A stretch of 64,000 nucleotides of DNA from an uncultured Leptospirales bacterium (lineage in GTDB: Bacteria > Spirochaetota > UBA4802 > UBA5368), in contig CAZUXY010000001.1 of assembly GCA_964624235.1 (NCBI GenBank), positions 3,016-67,015 on the forward strand, in the 5' to 3' direction. The position numbers were made by a program, and so were the translations under genes. This document shows positions 1-8,999 of this stretch, piece after piece (position 1 is the stretch's first letter; every line of letters begins with the position of its first letter). The notes beneath the pieces were generated by a model. That model ran no database searches and was not told where the DNA came from. It saw only the letters and a program-made list of their open reading frames with translations.

Positions 1-795
1 GATTACCTCGAGAATGCTTTTTTCACCCTTGCGGTAAATCCGGCTTTCCCTCGCCAGAAACCCCAGCCAGCCCCGACGGACCTTTCCGTAACGTATCAGT
101 TCATAGCTCACCTGTTTTACTATGGAAGAAGGTATTGAAAAGCTGATTCCCTGGAACCCGCCTGAAAGGGTCCTGATCGCGGTATTGATCCCTACGACTT
201 CTCCCCGAAGGTTCACCAGGGGCCCCCCCGAATTCCCCGGATTAATGGATACATCGGTTTGAATGAAATCCTCGATGTCGGTAAAACCGATGTTGTTTCT
301 TCCCTTCGATGAGACGATCCCGCAGGTAATGGACTGTTTCAGTCCGAATGGATTTCCCACCGCCATCACCCATTCCCCCTCTTTAAGGGACTCGGAGTCG
401 CCGAAAACCACCGGCGTCAGCTTGCGTCCCTCCGGCCCGCTTATTTTAAGAACGGCAAGGTCTGTTTTCTGGTCACCGAGGTAAAACCCGCCGTTCGAAA
501 ACTTTTCAGCTTCGCACTCGGTCCCGTCTGAAAGCAGAATCTGGTAATAGTTCCCCTTTATTACGACATGATAGTTGGTAACCAGATGCCCGTCTGCCGA
601 AATTATCGTTCCCGATCCGTAACCGGTCTTTGTATAGACCTTTCTGCCGTTTTTCTCGTGTATTTTGAAAATAATAATGTTCACGACTGACGGTTTGATT
701 TTACCGGCGGCATCAATGAACTGGGAATTAATATCCGCATGGGCAGGGAATATATAAAGTACAAGCGCAGCAACGGCGATAAAGATTTTTCTCAT
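1..795 (-). CDS. HtrA/DegP-family trypsin-like serine protease (N-terminal 265 aa; the C-terminal part lies beyond the window start)
   Basis: Reverse-strand translation from the ATG at 795 gives MRKIFIAVAALVLYIFPAHA (signal peptide). It continues through TNYHVV (His), DLAVLKI (Asp) and GNSGGPLVNLRGEVVGINTAI (catalytic Ser), the chymotrypsin-fold triad order of the Do/HtrA family. Not in the ORF track because it has no stop in the window. Confidence 0.75.
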   Translation of the reverse strand, partial: MRKIFIAVAALVLYIFPAHADINSQFIDAAGKIKPSVVNIIIFKIHEKNGRKVYTKTGYGSGTIISADGHLVTNYHVVIKGNYYQILLSDGTECEAEKFSNGGFYLGDQKTDLAVLKISGPEGRKLTPVVFGDSESLKEGEWVMAVGNPFGLKQSITCGIVSSKGRNNIGFTDIEDFIQTDVSINPGNSGGPLVNLRGEVVGINTAIRTLSGGFQGISFSIPSSIVKQVSYELIRYGKVRRGWLGFLARESRIYRKGEKSILEVI

Positions 796-818
796 AACAA
801 TATCACAAGCTCTGTCTG

Positions 819-2171
819 TCAATCGTGGGCGACAACATCAAAATAACTCCTGTTATTTTTCAGCCGATATTTTTCAAGGTCAATTCTTTTTCCCTTCGGG
901 GCATATCTAAAATCCCTGCGCAGGGGACTGATTTCCGCGAAAAGGGAATATATACCGACCGCAATACCTTCAGCGATCTCATCCTGCTTCTGCGTCAGCA
1001 GATAACGGAAATGCCGTCTGCTGAGGTATCCCAGTTCCAGGAATGCGTTCACTGCGTTAACCAGAAGCGGAACATGCCATACCGAGATGAAAGGCGGTCC
1101 CAGCCGCTGGTCTGGATGCTTAAGCCCTCTCATATTCAGCGCAAGCAGAATGTACCTTATGATTTCCCTGGAGGCGTAAAGATTGTCTCCTCCATACCCT
1201 TCAATGCCGCCATCACGCCGGTACCGTTCGAACTCCGAACCCTCCCGCTGGAAAAAATTCCCCGATATTTTAAAATCCTTTATTGAAGATGCATATGCGG
1301 TTCCCGAAGGATGGTGCCGAGCCCTGGTTTCCCATCCTCTGAGATCGGCGTACTTCCAGTGAACCATGTTATACCGGTAGCCGCGGAAGTCTTTATGATT
1401 TATGGTTAGGTCCCGTTTCAAGGGGTAACCGGTGAAATACAGTGATGCGTCGCTCAGATACCAGAAAAATCCGGACCTGCCGTTTGATTCCACGAACCAG
1501 TCGCTGTAGGGGCTTTCATTAAAAAATTTCCTGTCTTTTATTTCACCTTTCAGGTATTCGAAGCCTTTATGCAGAAAGTCATAAGGTGGCGCTATAACCG
1601 GGTTCATCCCCCGGTAATACGATGAATCTTTAAACGTAATATGAAGGGACACAACCAGTTGCGGTCTGAGGGAATTTATGTAAGAGATCCTTCCTTTTTT
1701 AATACTGCCGAAACGGCCGGGATAATCAAAAATCCTGAATTCGGCATTCGGATCGGCGCGGTTTTTAATCTTCTCCCTGTCCCGTGAATCCTCACGGCTC
1801 ATGAAAGGTATTATGTAGATGCGCCTGGGGGTATTGTCGGCGTATCTGTCGAGGATCTTTTCGAATTTACCGTAGTCCCCGCCGGGGGAACATAATTCCA
1901 GCAATGCGAGGGTTTTCGCGGCGATTGAATAGACCAGCGCGTGTTCTTCCAGGTTCCGGTATGAAGCGCCTTCACGGAAATCCTGCAGATAAGTTTTTGA
2001 TATTCTGTCATACCGGTCGCCGTAACGTCGGCGGTCCTTGCCGGCGATGCCTCCATGACCGGGATCGATGACCACCCGGAATTCAGGAAACTCGCTTCTC
2101 TGCAGCGACAGAGGGGTAAAAAGAGTCAAAAGCGCGACCGCGGTTATCGCTACGATGCGAATCTTTTTCAT
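819..2171 (-). CDS. N-acetylmuramoyl-L-alanine amidase family 3-like protein with large insertions, secreted
   Basis: N-terminal signal peptide. VIDPGHGG matches the Amidase_3 zinc-binding start, VVSLHITF resembles the SIHADA region, and the C-terminal NAFLELGYLS resembles the VLVExGFLSN motif. At 450 aa it is much longer than the canonical domain. Confidence 0.45.
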   Translation of the reverse strand: MKKIRIVAITAVALLTLFTPLSLQRSEFPEFRVVIDPGHGGIAGKDRRRYGDRYDRISKTYLQDFREGASYRNLEEHALVYSIAAKTLALLELCSPGGDYGKFEKILDRYADNTPRRIYIIPFMSREDSRDREKIKNRADPNAEFRIFDYPGRFGSIKKGRISYINSLRPQLVVSLHITFKDSSYYRGMNPVIAPPYDFLHKGFEYLKGEIKDRKFFNESPYSDWFVESNGRSGFFWYLSDASLYFTGYPLKRDLTINHKDFRGYRYNMVHWKYADLRGWETRARHHPSGTAYASSIKDFKISGNFFQREGSEFERYRRDGGIEGYGGDNLYASREIIRYILLALNMRGLKHPDQRLGPPFISVWHVPLLVNAVNAFLELGYLSRRHFRYLLTQKQDEIAEGIAVGIYSLFAEISPLRRDFRYAPKGKRIDLEKYRLKNNRSYFDVVAHD

Positions 2172-2269
2172 TTTGTCTCATGCTGGTCCGGTATAATTTG
2201 CACCTGAATTTCAAAAAAAAAGGGGAAGTGCTTCCCCTTTTGTATTATTGGATTGTAAAGGTAATTCTG

Positions 2270-3022
2270 CTATTTGGCCGGAGTCGTAGTTTTAGGGGCC
2301 TCGGGATTAAGTATACGGTTAAGATTATCGGCCTTATGAACCTCGAATTTCCCTTTGGATTTTTCCGGATCCAGATCTTCCATTATTCTGATGCCATAGG
2401 CTTTGCATACACGATAGTGGTAGATTGAATTCGCGTAGAGACCGTCATCATAATTCCCCTGGCCATCATCAAGCTGTCCGTATGCGATTCTCAGGCGCAT
2501 CATGTTCTGAAAAACAACCTTTCCCTTATTCGGATCGGACCGGCTTCGCTCGTCTAGACTCAGGTTCAATATGGTGTCGGCGCAATCACTCAGCAGCTGT
2601 ACGCAGTGCTGCTTGTAATGATCAGAGATCTTTTTAAAAAGATCTTTAATGGTCTTTTTATTTTTCTCAAGTTCCACCCTGGCGTATATGACGTCCCTTT
2701 TGTAAAAAAAACCAACACCCTTTTTATAGCTGTCATATATAGACTGATAATCCTTATCCCATCCCTGGTCCTTGAAATTGGATGCGATAACCTTAAGCAT
2801 GTAAATCTGATCCAGGTTTTCCTTGATCAGCCTTTCAGACACCGCTATCGCCTGAAACCGCGCCAGATATCCTTCCTCGGGTCTTTCCGCTTCAGTATAT
2901 TCTTTTCTTGGATCCTTCGTCGCCTCATCCTTGGCCTTTTCCTGTGCAAGCACCCCCGTCGCCGCTATCAGGCACATGACCAGAAGCACAGCGTAAAGCT
3001 TTTTCACTAAAATGGATTTCAT
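2270..3022 (-). CDS. hypothetical secreted protein or lipoprotein
   Basis: Signal peptide MKSILVKKLYAVLLVMCLIAATGVLAQ followed by a charged Lys/Glu/Asp-rich region. No recognisable catalytic motif. Confidence 0.5.
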   Translation of the reverse strand: MKSILVKKLYAVLLVMCLIAATGVLAQEKAKDEATKDPRKEYTEAERPEEGYLARFQAIAVSERLIKENLDQIYMLKVIASNFKDQGWDKDYQSIYDSYKKGVGFFYKRDVIYARVELEKNKKTIKDLFKKISDHYKQHCVQLLSDCADTILNLSLDERSRSDPNKGKVVFQNMMRLRIAYGQLDDGQGNYDDGLYANSIYHYRVCKAYGIRIMEDLDPEKSKGKFEVHKADNLNRILNPEAPKTTTPAK

Positions 3023-3268
3023 AGATACACTCCTTTTTTTCAGCGATGCTGAATATTAACGGGCATCCTTTCCCTGATTTTCTTTAAAGGGGAATAAAAC
3101 AATCCCGCCTCTTACCCCACGGAAAAATCTGTATTTATCAGTCCATCATAAACCCAATTGGAAATAATAGGCGGTGTTTTCAATATTCGCAACTTTTTTT
3201 TTAAAAATTTTAAAAATTTTGATAAATACGGTTTCATGCTGCATATGACAGGGTCCGCGCCGTTCCTT

Positions 3269-4606
3269 TTACTTTTTAACAAGTATGATTCTGATATCCA
3301 TTACATTGGTGTTGGTGGGCCCGGTAATTATGAGATCATTCAGAATTTTAAAGAAATGATACGAATCACTGTTTTCAATATATTCATTGATATCCAGACC
3401 CAGCACCCGTGCCCGGTCCACCGTGGAGCCGTCGGCCATGGCGCCGGCCGCATCGGTGGGACCGTCGGTACCGTCGGTGCCGATACTTGCCGTTATTATC
3501 CCCTCAGTGCCCTTAAGCAGCAGTGCCGACTGGATGGCATATTCCATGTTGCGCCCGCCCAGCCCCTTGCCTTTGACCGTAACGGTGGTTTCCCCTCCGC
3601 TGATAACGCATGCCGGTATTTTAACGGGATTTCCCGTGGCGGATATTTCACGGGAGATCGCGTTATGAAAAAAGGCCACATCCCTGGTCTCCCCCTCGAA
3701 AAGCGAAGAGAGAATCATCGTATTGTACCCCCGTTTTTCCGCTTCTTCCGCCGCAGCTTTGAGCGCGATATAATTTGACGCCACGATCAGGTTAGTCACA
3801 TGCGTAAATACCCTGTCGTTTTCCTTTGGATTGTCTTCCCGTTTTCCTTCAACCCCCTCTTCTATATAACTCCGCACCGAGTCAGGGACCTTATTTAACA
3901 GCCCGTACTTTCCCAGAATGTTATGCGCATCTGAAAACGTGGAGCGGTCCGCTACAAACGGACCCGAAGCGATGACATCCATAGAGTCGCCCACCACGTC
4001 GGAGATCATAAGATTGATTACTGTTGCCGGATACGCGACCCTGGCGAGATTTCCTCCCTTCACCAGTGAGAGATGCTTTCGTATCGCGTTGATCTCATGA
4101 ATGGAGGCGCCGCTTCTCAGTAAAAGGTCCGTGGCCTGCCCCTTTTCAGCCAGGGACACCCTGTCGGGGGGGAGGGGCATAAGCGCCGATCCTCCTCCGG
4201 ATATAAGCGAAATCACCAGATCGTTTTCCCCCGCCTCTTCCAGCAGAGCACGGATTTCCGATGCCGCCTTCAGCCCGTTTTCATCAGGTATGGGATGCGA
4301 CGCCTCCCTGATCTGTATCAGTGAAAGAGGCTCTGTGTAGCCGTATTTGACCGATATACAACCCTTACTGATCCTGCTACCGAGCATTTCCTCTACAGCC
4401 AGCGCCATGGGAGAGGTTGCCTTGCCGCTCCCGACCACTATGATATTGCGGTAGTCGTCAAGGCTGTATTCTTTCAGAAGTACCCCTTCTTTATAAATCC
4501 CGATCTTATCGTTTTTCACCTTCAGGTGGTTTCTTACGGCATTGGCCGGATCAACAGCCCGGATGGCCGCACTGTATAGTGTCTTTATGTCTTCCCTCAT
4601 TTCCAT
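3269..4606 (-). CDS. glycerate kinase (MOFRL family; glycerate 2-kinase / hydroxypyruvate reductase TtuD-like)
   Basis: Full-length 445-aa match to the MOFRL/GckA architecture: VVGSGKATSPMA, LISGGGSALMP, SGPFVAD, ISGGETTVTVKGKGLGGRN and IGTDGTDGPTDAAGA are hallmark segments. Confidence 0.85.
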   Translation of the reverse strand: MEMREDIKTLYSAAIRAVDPANAVRNHLKVKNDKIGIYKEGVLLKEYSLDDYRNIIVVGSGKATSPMALAVEEMLGSRISKGCISVKYGYTEPLSLIQIREASHPIPDENGLKAASEIRALLEEAGENDLVISLISGGGSALMPLPPDRVSLAEKGQATDLLLRSGASIHEINAIRKHLSLVKGGNLARVAYPATVINLMISDVVGDSMDVIASGPFVADRSTFSDAHNILGKYGLLNKVPDSVRSYIEEGVEGKREDNPKENDRVFTHVTNLIVASNYIALKAAAEEAEKRGYNTMILSSLFEGETRDVAFFHNAISREISATGNPVKIPACVISGGETTVTVKGKGLGGRNMEYAIQSALLLKGTEGIITASIGTDGTDGPTDAAGAMADGSTVDRARVLGLDINEYIENSDSYHFFKILNDLIITGPTNTNVMDIRIILVKK

Positions 4607-5560
4607 AATGAACCAGCCTTCATTATTAAATATTCTCTCTCATCAAGACGCCAGGGTTCTTCCGCCAGCCGGTCACGGCATTTCGGCAACGCTATATTTC
4701 AGTCAGTATGCTCCCCGGTCTATCGGCGCCGTTTCATTTATTCAACTCAAATTTATACACTATAGACAGTAACAGGTCGAAATCAATAATTTTATTACAT
4801 TATAATCGTCCTTGTCTAAACATGTCCACCTGGCATTATGATTACATTTGCAGTATTAATTAACACTGAAAACAAGTTCGCTTGCCGTCAAACATATGTC
4901 AGCCGGTGCCCAATCCCATCTATAACGCCCTTGCGAACTTTCATTATATTTTCCTTTATGACCCGTGTAGCGGGACTGGGCAGTGGACCTTTAAATTACT
5001 TTGTATCAATGGATTTATTTGGTGCTGTTATAAAAACGCTTCCGGGAAAAACGTTTCGTCTAAGGATGATATTTCAGCGCGAGCTATGTCCAGTTCCTCT
5101 ACCTGCCTGCTTGCGGCGCAGCATACTCTGTGTACAGCCTTTCATGTAACACCGGAAAGATTGTTCCTGAGACACGGAGTGGCATCATTCTCCCCTTTTA
5201 CGAAGAAACCATTGGATGTCGCACCTTCGGCGACGTACCTCGCAGAATCGAGCAGGAGTACCATAGGGAATCAGCGCCGTACAGCTTCCTTTTGGGCTAT
5301 GTATGTGTACATAATTACTCACTTCCTATGCATGGACTGAAATTGACGACGGGTCCGGCTTTCGGCAAGCCGATACGGTAAACTACATCGGTGTGACCAT
5401 GGCCTCCCGGTCAACCTCCAGCACGGCAAAGTCAACACAAAAGACGACAATGTTTATCTACGAATTCAACGGAACACCTCACACGATGCCAACCGAAAAA
5501 TAAGTACCGATTTATATTATTGAATCCTAACTCGGTATGTAATGAAATTATAAATATATT

Positions 5561-5590
5561 TCTTGACAAGAATAAATTGTATGAATATAC
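5561..5590 (+). promoter_or_regulatory. putative sigma70 promoter with an overlapping small palindrome upstream of the TetR gene
   Basis: TTGACA, a 17-nt spacer, then TATACA about 30 nt upstream of the tetR ATG. The palindrome TGTAT-gaat-ATACA overlaps the -10 and is a candidate autoregulatory operator. Confidence 0.3.
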
Positions 5591-5620
5591 ATTTAATAAA
5601 AATTCATTTTTAAGGAAACC

Positions 5621-6214
5621 ATGGGAAGAAAAAGCAATCAGGATATCCGCCAAATGGAAATCCTCCTTCATTATTATGAAGTGTTAAAAACCGAAGGCGT
5701 CGAAGGAGCATCTCTCGCAAAAGTAGCTGAGCGCATGAAGTGCTACCCCAGCATACTGATTCATTATTTTAAAAATAAAGATAATATGACCGTCGCTCTC
5801 GTCGACAACGTAACAAAAAAGTATGAAGATAGTTTTATCCGACAAGCTGAAAGCATAACAGATCAAAAAAAACGTTTATTATTTATCATTAATTCAATGC
5901 TGAGTCCTCGCTGGACAGGCATACTGGATCCCGATGTATTCTACGCCCTTCTATACCTTGCCATGAGAAATAAAAAAATCAAAACAAGAATTCAAAGGAT
6001 GTACACCAGATTAAATGATTTTATTGTTAAACAGATTAGTTTATTTCGGGAATCAGGAGGCAATCCAAAACAAACCGCTGAACACATAGCAGACATGATA
6101 ATAATGCTTGTAGAGGGATATGATTTATACCGTCTGGTCAAGGATGACCAAAAGGCCGTTAAGGTGTTGGAAAACTCGATCAAAACAATAATCATATCAA
6201 TGCTTGGCCTATAA
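5621..6214 (+). CDS. TetR/AcrR-family transcriptional regulator
   Basis: N-terminal HTH ASLAKVAERMKCYPSILIHYFKNKDNM fits the TetR_N signature. 197 aa with an all-helical ligand-binding region. Low GC. Confidence 0.8.
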   Translation: MGRKSNQDIRQMEILLHYYEVLKTEGVEGASLAKVAERMKCYPSILIHYFKNKDNMTVALVDNVTKKYEDSFIRQAESITDQKKRLLFIINSMLSPRWTGILDPDVFYALLYLAMRNKKIKTRIQRMYTRLNDFIVKQISLFRESGGNPKQTAEHIADMIIMLVEGYDLYRLVKDDQKAVKVLENSIKTIIISMLGL

Positions 6215-6280
6215 TAATTGTGGTATTGTAATTTAATATAGTACGAATGTTCAAACAATATATTAAATCAGGAGTGATCC

Positions 6281-7534
6281 ATGGGATACTATGATGGAGC
6301 AAACAACACAACAAATTTACCTGACAGCATAATGACAATGCCGAAAACAGGGAAAAGCCGGGAAGAAATCGAGGATATGCTTGAAGCACTGAACCAAAAG
6401 GATGCGCGGTATAATGAAGGCCACGCGGTACTCTATACCTTTACCCTACCCTGGCATGAAGTATCTGAACTAAGCCAGATGGCTTTTACTAAATATATGA
6501 AAAAGAACGCACTCCTTGATGATCTGTTTCCCAGCATAAAAAAAATGGAAGATGATGTTAAGAATATCTGCGCAAGTATTTTACATGGAGGAACAGAAGC
6601 AAAGGTGAATCTCACGTCAGGCGGCAGCGAAAGTATCTATTCCGCTCTAAACGCAGCTCGCCAATGGGCCAAAGAACACCGGCCGGAAATTACAAGACCT
6701 GAAATTGTAGTTCCATATACAATACATGCCGCCTTCAGCAAATGGTGCAAATACACTGATATAACCATAAAAAGAATTAAAGTCGGCCCCGATTATCGGG
6801 CGGATATAAAGGCCATGGAAGAAGCCATTACATCAAATACATTCCTGATAGCCGGTTCTGCGCCGTGCTGGTCCTATGGTCTGTATGATCCTATCGACAG
6901 ACTCACAGAATTAGCGGGAAAGTACAATTTGTGGATGCACTCCGATTGCTGTTTGGGGGGATATCTTGCACCATTTGTCGAAAAGCTTGGTTACAAGCTG
7001 CCGCCATATGATTTCCGCGTGAAAGGCCTTCATTCGATTTCTGCAGACCTTCATAAATACGGATGGACTGCAAAGCCCTTATCAACGGTCTTATACAGGA
7101 ACGAGGAACTTCAGAAGTACCACTATTGCAATGTCGATGACTGGCCGTCGGGAATGTATCATTCAGAAGCGATACTGGGTTCCCGTTCGGCAGGACCCAT
7201 CGCGTCCGCATGGGCTGTAATCAACTATCTCGGCGAAGAAGGCTATCTGGAGCTCGCGCGCCGTATTATGGAAAACCGCGATAGATATATGAATGGTATA
7301 AACTCAATAGATGAACTTAAATGTTGGGATAATGATCTTTGTATCATAGTGTTTGAGACAGGCAGACTGGATACGTTCGAAGTGCTTGGATCCATGTATG
7401 CAAAAAAAGCCTATGTTTTCCCCATATTAGAGCCGCGGCTTATTCAAATCTGTCCAGATGCGGTTCAAAATCATCATATAGAATATTTCATCAATATTCT
7501 TCGCGATGTCGTCACCGAATTAAAAAAGAAGTGA
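6281..7534 (+). CDS. PLP-dependent group II decarboxylase-fold enzyme, sphingosine-1-phosphate lyase (SPL)-like, without a membrane anchor
   Basis: SISADLHKYGWTAKP closely matches the SPL PLP-lysine motif SISADTHKYG. Flanking segments LFPSIKKMEDDV, TSGGSESI, PEIVVPYTIHAAFSKW, SDCCLGGYLAPFVEKLGY and ILGSRSAGPIASAWAV resemble the SGPL1 core. At 417 aa it lacks the eukaryotic N-terminal TM/lumenal region. Confidence 0.75.
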   Translation: MGYYDGANNTTNLPDSIMTMPKTGKSREEIEDMLEALNQKDARYNEGHAVLYTFTLPWHEVSELSQMAFTKYMKKNALLDDLFPSIKKMEDDVKNICASILHGGTEAKVNLTSGGSESIYSALNAARQWAKEHRPEITRPEIVVPYTIHAAFSKWCKYTDITIKRIKVGPDYRADIKAMEEAITSNTFLIAGSAPCWSYGLYDPIDRLTELAGKYNLWMHSDCCLGGYLAPFVEKLGYKLPPYDFRVKGLHSISADLHKYGWTAKPLSTVLYRNEELQKYHYCNVDDWPSGMYHSEAILGSRSAGPIASAWAVINYLGEEGYLELARRIMENRDRYMNGINSIDELKCWDNDLCIIVFETGRLDTFEVLGSMYAKKAYVFPILEPRLIQICPDAVQNHHIEYFINILRDVVTELKKK

Positions 7535-7544
7535 GTAAAGTCTG

Positions 7545-8936
7545 ATGAATAACGACCACAGACTTCCCATACATGTGAAAATAGCCTACAGCAGCGCAGA
7601 GGGGGCACTTTCTATCGTGTATACCATAATTTACATGATCGGAATGTTTTTCTTTACCGACATCGCCGGACTATCGCCTTCAATTGCCGGCGCCATTATG
7701 ATGACCGGCACGATCTTCAACGCGATATTTGATCCCCTGGCAGGCATGCTTTCCGACAGAGTCACCACTCCACTGGGACGCAGACGGGCATTTCTGTTAT
7801 TTTCCGCGGTTCCTTACGGAATCACCGCAATTTTTCTCTTTACCGATTTCAACTTCGCTTCACCTTACCGTGAGATATACTATTTTATTATAATAACCGT
7901 ATTCTTCTGGTTTTTTTCAGCCATTAATGTTCCCTATTCATCGCTATCCGCGGAAATGACCTCTTCGTATGATGAAAGAACATCGCTGCTCGGTTGGCGT
8001 GCCGGGGTCAGTCAATTGGGGTCATTGATCGGTGCGGGATTGCCTCTTTTATTGGTTTCATTTTTCACCGCAAAACTTTTATCGAGAAACGCAGCATGGT
8101 CCGCAATGGGTACCTGTTTTGGTTTGCTCTGTATTCCTCTTATTCTCACAACCTGGCGATTTACCAGAGGATATGAGACTTATTTTCTTAAAAACGAATC
8201 TTCTTTTAGAAAATCACTTTCCGGAATTACTTCCAACACCAGTCTGCTTATGACCATCGGCATGTACACATTCGGGTTAATGGCCGTTACAGCAACCGGA
8301 TCTATTAGTATTTATTACATGACCTGTTATCTGGGATTTAACGATTTGCAGGTATCATTATATCTCGCAATCTTATTCGGGGGAAACGTCATATGGGTAC
8401 CTGCTATAGGAATAATCTCAAAAAAATTGAGCAAAAGACATGCGTATTTGATATTCGGAACAGTATGGGCGGTTTGCCAGATGTCTATTTATGCATTTAT
8501 AAATCCTGCTCATCACATATTTTTTCTCATCCTTTTACTAATCGGATCAAGCGGGCTTATCGCCGTGTTCATGATCGGCTGGGCGATGATTCCGGATTGC
8601 GTTGACGTGGATGAATATAGAACAGGAAAACGCCGGGAAGGTCTTTTTTTTGGAACCATGTTTTTTATCCAAAAGGCTTTCTGCGCCTTTTTGTTATTTC
8701 TGATCGGATTATTGTTATCCGGCATTGGATATGTCGCCAATTCCATTCAAACCGAGGAAACGATTGACGCAATCAGAATGATTATGGGTCCAGGCATTGT
8801 TTCATTGATCGTGATCAGCATCCTGTTTTGTTATCGTATTCCGCTGACACGAAAAAGACATCAGTTGATACGCAATGCCTTGATGCATGATAACAGCAAC
8901 AATTCATCGACGCGTGAAGAATTAAGTAAATTATAA
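7545..8936 (+). CDS. GPH-family (MelB/Mfsd2-like) major facilitator superfamily cation symporter
   Basis: About 12 predicted TM segments. DPLAGMLSDRVTTPLGRRRAF is the GPH-family loop 2-3 signature (D..G..SDR.....GRRRP-like). 463 aa. Immediately downstream of the SPL-like gene with an 8-nt gap. Confidence 0.8.
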   Translation: MNNDHRLPIHVKIAYSSAEGALSIVYTIIYMIGMFFFTDIAGLSPSIAGAIMMTGTIFNAIFDPLAGMLSDRVTTPLGRRRAFLLFSAVPYGITAIFLFTDFNFASPYREIYYFIIITVFFWFFSAINVPYSSLSAEMTSSYDERTSLLGWRAGVSQLGSLIGAGLPLLLVSFFTAKLLSRNAAWSAMGTCFGLLCIPLILTTWRFTRGYETYFLKNESSFRKSLSGITSNTSLLMTIGMYTFGLMAVTATGSISIYYMTCYLGFNDLQVSLYLAILFGGNVIWVPAIGIISKKLSKRHAYLIFGTVWAVCQMSIYAFINPAHHIFFLILLLIGSSGLIAVFMIGWAMIPDCVDVDEYRTGKRREGLFFGTMFFIQKAFCAFLLFLIGLLLSGIGYVANSIQTEETIDAIRMIMGPGIVSLIVISILFCYRIPLTRKRHQLIRNALMHDNSNNSSTREELSKL

Positions 8937-8999
8937 CAATATTTGAATTTTGTGAATTAAAAGGATCGAAGCGGCAATTTCAACAGGAGGTTTATTCAT

